NCBI GenBank assembly: GCA_965198265.1
Contig: CBDAPB010000026.1
Location: forward strand, 61,614-125,613
DNA length: 64,000 bases
Source: Terriglobia bacterium
GTDB taxonomy: Bacteria > Acidobacteriota > Terriglobia > 20CM-2-55-15
Reading direction: 5' to 3'
In this document: positions 56,716 to 64,000 of the stretch, piece by piece
How positions within the stretch are numbered: the stretch's first letter is position 1
How the letters are laid out: every line of letters begins with the position of its first letter
The notes under the pieces: generated by a model
Seen by the model: the letters and a program-made list of their open reading frames with translations, nothing else
The model's database searches: none
Told to the model about the DNA's origin: nothing
Position numbers and translations under genes: made by a program

Positions 56716-56848
56716 GGCATTAGAGAAAGCAGCCGAGCTTTGATCTAAAAAGAGATACTTTTCCGATACCGTCCCTGGCTGAGAAAAGCAATCATAGATC
56801 ACAAAGCTCGGTACCAAAGCCCTCGCAAAGCGAGGGCTTTTTATTTTG
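56716..56848 (+). ncRNA. candidate small RNA (promoter + long closing stem + intrinsic terminator)
   Basis: Upstream TTGACA-N19-tgGTATGTA. A 14-16 bp stem ccgagctttgatct / agatca(ca)aagctcgg encloses about 50 nt. Ends in gccctcgcaaagcgagggc TTTTTATTTT. Confidence 0.3.
56815..56848 (+). terminator. Rho-independent terminator
   Basis: aaagccctcgcaaagcgagggctttttattttg: an 8 bp GC stem, a 4 nt loop, and a T-tract. It is the only classical terminator found in the window. Confidence 0.7.
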
Positions 56849-57243
56849 TCCCAATACCGCTTTAAGACAAGCACCCGCTGTTTCCCTTCAATTCCGTCAA
56901 CTCAGGGCGTACTGCCACCGCTATACAACCAATTTCCCTGTCAACATATTGTCACTCGGGAGGCACGCAACGGCAACGGAAGGGAGCTACAAATCGAATA
57001 GAATCTAGGCCTTGGGCTCTGACAGCCAGGATCCGAACTGCCAAACATCCTTCAACACCGAGGACCACGGAGGTAGATGACGGCCGTAGGCAGTCTGGAA
57101 ACGCCATGCCAGGTACTTTCGTGTCGGAACGGGTAGGAACGGGGAACGTCGGTACCAATCCCCAGGTACGATCCGGAAGTAGAAGCTCACGAGCGCTCGG
57201 GCGATCGTCAGGTGTCGCACAAGGCGCATGCTATCATAAACTC

Positions 57244-57639
57244 ATGAAAATATTCGGCATCCTGCTGTCGATGTTCATCGTAATTCCGCTGGTGGAGTTC
57301 GCGCTTCTAATCGAAATCGGATCTCGTTTGGGAACCGTGCGGACGCTGATGCTCATCTTTGGGACCGGCGTCGTGGGCGCTTATCTGGCTCGACTCGAGG
57401 GACTGCGGATTCTTTACCGCATCCAACGGGAATTCCAGCAGGGATCGATGCCGGGCGAGCAGCTCTTCGACGGTATTCTCGTCCTGATCGCCGGGGTCGT
57501 TCTGATCACTCCCGGACTGCTGACCGACATCGCCGGCCTGATCCTGCTGATTCCCGTGACCCGATACCCGATCAAGGCCTTCATCAAGCGTCGCGCGCAA
57601 TCCTGGCTCTCCAGCAGCCATGTACGTATCTCCATGTAG
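57244..57639 (+). CDS. fxsA: FxsA family membrane protein
   Basis: MKIFGILLSMFIVIPLVEFALLIEIG...LITPGLLTDIAGLILLIP pattern of UPF0716/FxsA. Confidence 0.7.
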   Translation: MKIFGILLSMFIVIPLVEFALLIEIGSRLGTVRTLMLIFGTGVVGAYLARLEGLRILYRIQREFQQGSMPGEQLFDGILVLIAGVVLITPGLLTDIAGLILLIPVTRYPIKAFIKRRAQSWLSSSHVRISM

Positions 57640-57738
57640 TCGAGCAGCACGCCCGCGCCAGTTTGACCATTTCCACCCGGTTCCTATAACATCCAGCCGT
57701 TTCGTCCCCACTTCAATAACATAGATGAGGAGCAACCC

Positions 57739-59340
57739 ATGGCTTCGAAACGACCGTTTCTCCTGACCGAGCTCGGCGCCGCATTTGCGGCCCTCGCCCT
57801 GGTAGCGCTCTGTTTGCCCCTGTTGGGGCAGACATCTCCGTTCACCGTCTCTCACGTCAAAGAAGCATCGATCGCCGATGTCCACGCCGCGATGACCGCG
57901 GGTAAACTGACGGCCCAGGATCTGGTGCAGATGTACCTGGATCGAATCGAGGCGTACGACAAGCAGGGGCCGGCCATCAACGCGATCATCATGATCAACC
58001 CGAGGGCCATGGACCGCGCTGCGGAACTGGACGCGAAGTTCGCCGAGTCAGGCTTTGTGGGTGCGTTGCACGGGATTCCCGTCATCATCAAGGACAACTA
58101 CGACACGCACGACATGCCCACGACGAACGGAACGCTCGCACTCAAGGATTCCATACCGCCCGATGACGCCTACCAGGTCCGAAGACTGCGAGAGGCCGGA
58201 GCGATCATCCTGGCCAAATCCAACATGGCGGAGTTCGCGATGAGCGGGGGTTTCTCAGTCAGCTCCATCCTGGCTGGGTACACGCGGAACCCGTACGACA
58301 CGAGCCGGGCGACGGCCGGCTCCAGTGGAGGCACTGCCGCAGCGATCGCTGCGAATTTCGCGACCGTCGGCCTGGGCACCGACACCGGTAGTTCGATCCG
58401 AGGTCCTGCTTCGCATCAGAGTCTGGTCGGGTTCCGATCTACGGTCGGGCTCACGAGCCGGGACGGGATCGTCCCACTCAATGCCGCCCGCGATGTGGGG
58501 GGGCCGATGGCTCGGAGTGTCGCCGACGCGGTGATCGTCTTCGAACTGATCGCGGGATACGACCCGGCGGACCCGATAACGGCTGCAAGCGAGGGCAAGG
58601 TGCCCGACAACTACAGTCAGTTTCTCGTCGAGGACGGTCTGGAGGGAGCTCGTCTCGGGGCTTTCCGGCAGCTCTTCCCGGAAGACGACACGGACCCCGA
58701 GGTCTTGCGGCTTATGGACCAGGCCCTGGAAGACATGAAAGCCGCGGGCGCCATCATCATCGACCCGGTCCGGATCCCGGACCTCGAAGAGATTCGAGAA
58801 TCGTTCAAAGAGGGAACCAGTCGGATGAAGTACGACTTCGAACGGTATCTCGCCACGCTGGGGCCCGACGCGCCTTTCAAAACCCTGGACGAAATCGTTG
58901 AAACGGAGGACTTCCATCCTTTCTTGAGGAGGAATCTGAACCGCGCGATCGAACGGGCGGAGGAAAACCCCGGCCCACCCGAAGAGAACCCGGACTACCA
59001 GCACAACATGGAGGTCGAGGAGCGGCTGCGGGTGGCCCTCCTCAAGGCGATGGACGACAACGCGGTCGAGGCCATCATCTATCCGACCTTCCGGTATCCC
59101 CCGCGACTCATCGGGGACGAGAACACGACACCGCTGGGCGCAAACAGCAATCCGCTCTCACCTCCGACGGGCTTCCCCGCTTTCACCGTTCCGATGGGCT
59201 TCACCGTCAATGGCCTGCCGGTGGGCTTGCAGTTGCTGGGGCGCGCCTTCGACGAAGGGACCCTGATTCGGCTGTCCTACGCCTACGAGCAGGCCACAAA
59301 ACATCGCCGACCTCCGCGGAGCACGCCGCCTCTCTGGTAG
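57739..59340 (+). CDS. secreted amidase (amidase signature family)
   Basis: Signal peptide; AS motifs (GGSSGGTAAAIAANFA...GTDTGSSIRGPAS) and a catalytic Ser-cisSer-Lys arrangement. Confidence 0.85.
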   Translation: MASKRPFLLTELGAAFAALALVALCLPLLGQTSPFTVSHVKEASIADVHAAMTAGKLTAQDLVQMYLDRIEAYDKQGPAINAIIMINPRAMDRAAELDAKFAESGFVGALHGIPVIIKDNYDTHDMPTTNGTLALKDSIPPDDAYQVRRLREAGAIILAKSNMAEFAMSGGFSVSSILAGYTRNPYDTSRATAGSSGGTAAAIAANFATVGLGTDTGSSIRGPASHQSLVGFRSTVGLTSRDGIVPLNAARDVGGPMARSVADAVIVFELIAGYDPADPITAASEGKVPDNYSQFLVEDGLEGARLGAFRQLFPEDDTDPEVLRLMDQALEDMKAAGAIIIDPVRIPDLEEIRESFKEGTSRMKYDFERYLATLGPDAPFKTLDEIVETEDFHPFLRRNLNRAIERAEENPGPPEENPDYQHNMEVEERLRVALLKAMDDNAVEAIIYPTFRYPPRLIGDENTTPLGANSNPLSPPTGFPAFTVPMGFTVNGLPVGLQLLGRAFDEGTLIRLSYAYEQATKHRRPPRSTPPLW

Positions 59341-59344
59341 GTGA

Positions 59345-60396
59345 GTGAGCACTACCCGGTACTTCTCACCCGACTACAACACGGCCCGCGATCGGTTTCG
59401 CAAGGCCGTCGAGCGGGAGGGAGCACGGCTCGATGTGCTCAGACTCGATGCCGAGGGGCCCGTGGGAGGGAATCTGACGATCGACATTGCCTGGTTCGGG
59501 TCGGTGAATCCCAGACGTGCGATTATCCACACGTCCGGGCTGCACGGGGTGGAGGGCTTCGCAGGCTCCGCCATCCAACTGCGGCTCCTCGACCAAATGC
59601 CCGCCTTGCCGAAGGCCACGCGGTCGCGATCGTCCACATTCTGAATCCCTACGGCATGGCCTGGCTCCGCCGCTTCAACGAGAACGGAGTGGACCTGAAC
59701 CGCAATTTTCTGAGCGAAGACGAGCGCTACACCGGATCGCCCGAGGGATACCCGCGGCTGGACTCGTTGCTGAATCCGACCAGCCAGCCCTCACGGGACC
59801 TGTTTCCGCTCCGCGTCGCTTGGCTCATCTGGCGGCATGGCCTGGCCGCAATGAAAGAAGCAATCGTCAGCGGCCAGTACGAGTACCCGAAGGGGCTTTT
59901 CTTCGGCGGAAAGCGGCTCGAACAGGGGGCGCAGCTGTATCTCGAATGGGTGCGAAAACATCTGTCGACGACGGAGCGTGTCCTTGCGGTGGATATTCAC
60001 ACGGGTCTCGGAAAATCTGGAGAAGACACCCTGCTCGTGGACGCGAACCTGTATGCACGGGCACGTCGTCTGTTCGGCAGACGGGTCGCTCCCTTCGATG
60101 CGGATCGCAGCGTCGCCTACGAGGTCCGCGGCGGGCTCCACATGAGGGTTCCTGATCTGCTACCCAACGTCGACTTCGTCGGCCAGGAATTCGGAACATA
60201 CGGCCCGGTCCATGTCCTCCACGCTCTTCGTGAGGAAAACCGCTGGCACCACTACGGCGGGGGCAGCATCGATCATCCGGTCAAGATTGGGTTGAAGGAA
60301 GCCTTCTGCCGGGACGAAGAGTCCTGGAGGAGGAAAGTGCTGACCCGTGGATGTGAGCTGTTTGAGCAGGCAGTCGGTGTGGTGTTGGAATCCTAG
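59345..60396 (+). pseudogene. DUF2817 (M14-like / succinylglutamate-desuccinylase-fold) gene with internal frameshift
   Basis: Frame A gives MSTTRYFSPDYNTARDRFRKAVE...IIHTSGLHGVEGFAGSAIQLRLLDQMPALP. The homologous continuation EGHAVAIVHILNPYGMAWLRRFNENGVDLNRNF... is in the -1 frame. The frames swap near 59600-59612. The TAG stop coincides with the MITE terminus. Confidence 0.55.
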
Positions 60397-60669
60397 TGGC
60401 CTGTAACGGAGATATCGGTACCAGCGTTGCGGTGGAACGGCACCGGATTCTAGGAGCCGACGACGAGGTAATGCTCCTACATTGAGAGGAGGAGCGACAA
60501 CGAAGACGGTGCCGTTCCGCCGCAACCCTCCGGGCCGATGGGGGTTGCCGTCGATCTCTTTGTCGTTCGTCGTCATGATGAAACCGCATCAATTCCTCCT
60601 CTCTCTCCTCGATCTCGACTGGCAAGACCCATCGGCGATGGTGCCGATATCTCCGTTACAGGCCACTAG
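60394..60669 (-). mobile_element. MITE-A copy 3 (inverted orientation)
   Basis: tagtggcctgtaacggagatatcggtaccagcg ... ggtgccgatatctccgttacaggccactag, flanked by TA/TA. Confidence 0.8.
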
Positions 60670-60754
60670 CCGGTGCCGCGTCAGCCAGCGGTATCGCAAC
60701 GGTTGATCTGCTAAACTGGAACTCGCCCTTTCCTTATCTCCCAGGAACAATCCA

Positions 60755-62284
60755 ATGCTCTTCAAGACCCGTACCGGTGCGGTCTATGGCATCGAAGCCC
60801 GTCCGGTCGAGGTGGAAGTCAATATCTCTTCCGGCGGAAACGGCGACTTCCAGATCGTCGGTCTCCCGGATTCCGCCATCCGGGAGTCCCGCCCGCGAAT
60901 CCGGGCGGCGGTGCGCAACTCCGGATTCGAGTTCCCTGTTCAATACATCACGATAAACCTGGCCCCGGCCAACCTCAGGAAGGAAGGATCCGCGTTCGAC
61001 CTTTCGATGGCCGTGGGCATACTGGGCGTCACGAGGTTGATTCACAACGACGTGTCCGATTGTTTGTTCATCGGCGAACTCTCCTTGGACGGGCGACTGC
61101 GACCCGTCCGGGGTGCGCTGTCGATGGCGATCCTCGCTCGAGACTCAGCTGTCGAGCGGCTGATCCTGCCGGAAGCCAACGCGAAGGAAGCCGCCGTAGT
61201 CGAGGGTGTTTCCGTCTACCCGGTGAGGACACTCGCCGAGGTCGTCGATCTCGTAAACGGGAACGGCCCCACTGCGCCCTTCCGAGTTTCGACCACCGAC
61301 CACCGCGTCCCCCCGCATCCGAGAGTCGAGGATTATCACGACGTCCGCGGACAACAACACGCCAGGCGGGCGATCGAGGTTGCCGTCGCCGGCGGACACA
61401 ACATCCTGATGATGGGCCCGCCCGGTTCCGGCAAGACGATGCTCGCCAGACGAATCCCGTCGGTGATCCCCCCGATGACATTTGAAGAGAGCCTGGAAAC
61501 GACGCGGATCCACTCCAGTGCCGGTTTGCTCCCCAACGGCAACGGCCTGGTGGAAGAACGGCCATTCCGGGCGCCGCATCACAGCGTTTCGGCGGCCGGC
61601 CTGATCGGAGGTGGATCGATCCCCCGCCCGGGCGAGGTGAGCCTGGCCCACAACGGCGTCCTGTTTCTGGACGAGCTGCCGGAATTCCCTCGCCATGTCC
61701 TCGAAGTGTTGCGCCAGCCCCTTGAAGACCAGAGCATCACGATCGCACGCACCCAGATGACGCTCTCGTTTCCATCGTCTTTCGTCCTCGTCGCGGCGAT
61801 GAACCCGTGTCCGTGCGGCTACGCGGGCGATCCACAGCGGGAGTGTCTGTGTTCTCCGGCCCAGATTCAGCGGTACATGTCCAGGATCTCCGGTCCGTTG
61901 CTGGACCGAATCGACATCCAGGTTGCGGTGCCCCGGGTTCAGTATCGTGAACTGACCGAGGCGGCGGCGGTCGAAAGTTCGACTTCCATTCGAGAACGAA
62001 TCGTTCGTGCTCGAGAAAGTCAGCGAGCCCGACTCGGGAACGACGGGGCACTGGTCAACGCGAGAATGTCTCCCGGCCAGGTGGAGCGACATTGCCGACT
62101 GGACCCAGAATGCGGCCGGCTTCTCGAGCGCGCGGTGAATCGGTTGGGCCTGTCGGCGAGAGGGTGGAATCGAGTGCTGAAAGTGTCGCGAACGATTGCC
62201 GACCTCGAAAGTGGCGCAGCGATCAAGATCAACCATGTAGCCGAAGCGATCCAGTACCGGAGTCTGGACCGGGATCCGCGGTAA
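60755..62284 (+). CDS. YifB/ComM family Mg-chelatase-like AAA+ ATPase
   Basis: Lon-protease-like N-terminal domain, Walker A (GPPGSGKTM), sensor motifs, and a C-terminal ChlI-like domain. Confidence 0.9.
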   Translation: MLFKTRTGAVYGIEARPVEVEVNISSGGNGDFQIVGLPDSAIRESRPRIRAAVRNSGFEFPVQYITINLAPANLRKEGSAFDLSMAVGILGVTRLIHNDVSDCLFIGELSLDGRLRPVRGALSMAILARDSAVERLILPEANAKEAAVVEGVSVYPVRTLAEVVDLVNGNGPTAPFRVSTTDHRVPPHPRVEDYHDVRGQQHARRAIEVAVAGGHNILMMGPPGSGKTMLARRIPSVIPPMTFEESLETTRIHSSAGLLPNGNGLVEERPFRAPHHSVSAAGLIGGGSIPRPGEVSLAHNGVLFLDELPEFPRHVLEVLRQPLEDQSITIARTQMTLSFPSSFVLVAAMNPCPCGYAGDPQRECLCSPAQIQRYMSRISGPLLDRIDIQVAVPRVQYRELTEAAAVESSTSIRERIVRARESQRARLGNDGALVNARMSPGQVERHCRLDPECGRLLERAVNRLGLSARGWNRVLKVSRTIADLESGAAIKINHVAEAIQYRSLDRDPR

Positions 62285-62331
62285 GCGTCTAACTCATTGA
62301 CGACGTATGAGTATGGCCATAACATATAGTT

Positions 62332-62661
62332 ATGGCTACCACTACGATCAAGTCCACCTACTCGCTCGATGTCGAAACGGTACGTCAACTCGAAGCGATG
62401 GCTCGGCGCTGGAGGGTGTCGAAGTCAGAAGCTCTGCGTCGCGCGATCAGAGCGGCAGCGGACCAACAGCCGGCGGTGGGCCGGGAAACTCTCGAGGCCC
62501 TCGATCGATTGCAGGACTCGCTGACATTGACGCCGGACGCCGCGAAACGCTGGGAGAGAAGCGCGAAGAACGAAGGCTTCTGGCCTGAAAATCCTTCAGT
62601 CCGATCCGGCCTCATGAGATCATCAGCCACGCCGTCTGGCTCTACTATCGATTCAGTCTGA
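62332..62661 (+). CDS. ribbon-helix-helix (CopG/antitoxin-like) protein, no adjacent toxin
   Basis: N-terminal RHH (TTIKSTYSLDVETVRQLEAMARRWRVSKSEALRRAIRAA). A palindromic putative operator (atggccataacatatagttatggc) sits just upstream. Confidence 0.55.
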   Translation: MATTTIKSTYSLDVETVRQLEAMARRWRVSKSEALRRAIRAAADQQPAVGRETLEALDRLQDSLTLTPDAAKRWERSAKNEGFWPENPSVRSGLMRSSATPSGSTIDSV

Positions 62662-62728
62662 GTTTTCGGGAAGTTGAAGAAATCGAGCTGAAGTATCCCA
62701 CCAATCGACCCAACTGAGGGAGCGTCAG

Positions 62729-62890
62729 ATGAGACGCTTCAAATCACCCGATCAGGCTCAGCGATTCTTGCATGTTCACGGTGTGATTCAGAATCTGTTC
62801 CGACTGGGAAGGCATCGGCTCAGGTCCGTTCATCACCTAACATTTCGGGCGCGATCTTTCACCGCCTGGGCCGCGGTCACAGCGGCCTAA
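62729..62890 (+). mobile_element. IS6-family transposase 3' remnant
   Basis: MRRFKSPDQAQRFLHVHGVIQNLFRLGRHRL...FTAWAAVTAA resembles the conserved C-terminal end of IS6/IS26-type transposases. There is no upstream DDE domain, so it is a truncated fragment. Confidence 0.45.
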
Positions 62891-63183
62891 TCTGCGTCCG
62901 ACCAGCCCCCCCCCTGACTTGCGTCCGTTAACTTGACAGTACCGTCGACATGCTTCTTTGGAGTAGGGACGATGCACCGGGCTTCACTGATAAGCTTCGC
63001 CAAGGTGCCCGTTTTTCGCTCGAATCGCGGCTGAGGAATCGCTTTCTTGTGGGCCTTTGCGGTTTTCTCGACTGGTGAATGGCGCTATTCCTGAAGAATT
63101 TCATCTTTACTTTGCTCGTCCCCGGGACTGTTGCGGAAATCCCATATGGGGGCGCTTCAAGCGCCCCCGAGATGCGACCAGAT

Positions 63184-64000
63184 TCAGGGGTTGGGAAAGG
63201 CGATTAGTTTTTGAGTATTGGAACCGGCGGCCGGGAACTTCATGCCGTCGACGTGAAGGAGCTTTTGCGGCGTGCTGTTTCCGTCGCCCCATACCCAAAG
63301 CGTGCCGTCCTTGCCGGCCGCCATCCGTCCATACCCGCTGGATCCGATCGAGACTATCGGTGGCAGGCCGTTCACCCGAACCGGGACGCTGCTGTCGAGA
63401 CAGTTGACAAAGACCTGGCAGCCATCCCCGAGTTGGCCGGCGTCATTCCAGCCCCACGTCCAGACGCTGCCATCCGACTCGAGCGCCATGCTGCCCGTTG
63501 CGCCGGCGGCGACCTGGACGACGTCGCTCACCCCCAGCACCGGGGCGGGTTCGAAAGCGCTGGGACAGATCGCGCTGAGGTCACAGCCATCGCCCAGCTG
63601 CCCGTGGTTGTTGTATCCCCACGCCCAGACGGTTCCGTCATCCTTAACCGCGAGCACGTGGGCATCGCCGCCGGCGAAATCGATGACCTCCTTCATGTTT
63701 GTCTGTTGCGGTGTCGTGTAGACAGCAGGCGGGCTACCATTACCCATCTGTCCGAAATAGTTGCTGCCCCACCCCCAGAGGGTGCCGTCTCTGGTCTGGG
63801 CCAGGCTGTACTCGGCGCCGGCGCCGAGCGCGACAGCAGAACTGATCTCGACCAGCACGGGCAGATTCCTGTCGACGGTGGTGTTGTCACCGAGCTGACC
63901 GAAAAAGTTGGAGCCCCAGGCGTAGACGAGCGTCTGAGTCCCCTGGGTGGTCAGGGCCAGGCTGTGAAACGGCCCAGCGGCAACAGCCAGGGCATTGCCG
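63184..64000 (-). CDS. RCC1-repeat (beta-propeller) protein, C-terminal part (gene continues past the window end)
   Basis: Repeated WGWN.AGQLGDG / WAWGYNNHGQLGDG / WGWGSNYFGQMGNG RCC1 signatures. The reading frame stays open to position 64000. Confidence 0.7.
   Translation of the reverse strand, partial: GNALAVAAGPFHSLALTTQGTQTLVYAWGSNFFGQLGDNTTVDRNLPVLVEISSAVALGAGAEYSLAQTRDGTLWGWGSNYFGQMGNGSPPAVYTTPQQTNMKEVIDFAGGDAHVLAVKDDGTVWAWGYNNHGQLGDGCDLSAICPSAFEPAPVLGVSDVVQVAAGATGSMALESDGSVWTWGWNDAGQLGDGCQVFVNCLDSSVPVRVNGLPPIVSIGSSGYGRMAAGKDGTLWVWGDGNSTPQKLLHVDGMKFPAAGSNTQKLIAFPNP

Noticed and set aside
56490-57240. tRNA or tRNA-Sec in the long non-coding stretch
   Set aside because: No T-loop (GGTTCGAAT-like) or acceptor/anticodon arrangement could be found by eye. 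A covariance search would be needed to be certain.
59517-60155. 212 aa alternative-frame ORF inside the DUF2817 gene
   Set aside because: Arg/Pro-rich translation of a GC-rich off-frame. The homologous DUF2817 frames explain the locus.
63120-63142. IS26-like terminal inverted repeat (GGGACTGTTGCGGAAA vs GGCACTGTTGCAAA)
   Set aside because: 11/14 identity but no matching partner repeat at the expected distance from the IS6 transposase fragment. It would face the wrong way relative to that fragment. Probably coincidental.
1-64000. CRISPR array
   Set aside because: All repeats found are palindromic pairs or tandem oligomers. There is no series of direct repeats with unique spacers.

Overview
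This is a 64 kb window of about 62% GC bacterial chromosome. Housekeeping genes are densely packed on both strands. The envelope genes (a TonB-dependent receptor, Lon, the lytic transglycosylase MltD) point to a Gram-negative-type organism, but I cannot assign a lineage from sequence alone.

Genes I recognise with reasonable confidence, grouped by role:
- RNA modification and repair: mnmA, a RumA/RlmD-type methyltransferase, tsaE, nnr.
- Amino-acid and isoprenoid metabolism: argD-like aminotransferase, aroF/aroG-type DAHP synthase, aroA, aroK, dapF, ispH, fabH, thiL, mtnP.
- Short-chain acyl-CoA cluster: acyl-CoA dehydrogenase, meaB, methylmalonyl-CoA epimerase.
- Regulators: nrdR, a CarD/CdnL-family regulator, two ECF sigma factors each with an anti-sigma factor, and an RsbW/RsbV-like pair.
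- Envelope and uptake: comEC, mltD, btuB and btuF behind a cobalamin riboswitch, an MFS transporter, a CorC/TlyC-type transporter.
- Proteolysis and stress: lon, hsp20, an M16 peptidase, an M24 aminopeptidase, a CPBP protease.

The unusual content falls into three groups.

1. A likely selenoprotein. A secreted BCP/PrxQ-type peroxiredoxin on the minus strand (16375..16932) has an in-frame TGA exactly where the catalytic cysteine should be. A short hairpin follows at the spacing expected for a bacterial SECIS element. Ordinary ORF calling truncates this gene at 76 aa.

2. Dense short repeats in almost every intergenic space. No CRISPR array, tRNA or rRNA was found.
- A roughly 275 bp MITE (miniature inverted-repeat transposable element) in two subtypes sharing one core, six full copies plus one solo end. 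All copies are flanked by TA dinucleotides. In three cases the flanking TA is part of the upstream gene's TAG stop codon.
- Hairpin elements whose arms are three tandem 8-mers ((N)CGCAAAG x3 and C(A/G)CGGAGG x3).
- Heptamer-based hairpins (TTGGACC and AGTAGTC units).
- A 25 bp palindrome family present twice.
- Exactly one classical terminator (GC hairpin plus U-tract), which closes a candidate small RNA.

3. Smaller items:
- Two paralogous ECF sigma / anti-sigma / DUF4097 envelope-stress modules, one extended by zinc-finger membrane proteins.
- A frameshifted DUF2817 gene.
- An orphan ribbon-helix-helix antitoxin-like gene next to an IS6-type transposase remnant.
- Two in-frame 27 bp tandem duplications inside thiL.
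- A lysine-rich tail on Lon.

Caveats: all coordinates were read by eye from the sequence, and start codons are often ambiguous because the ORF track includes alternative starts.
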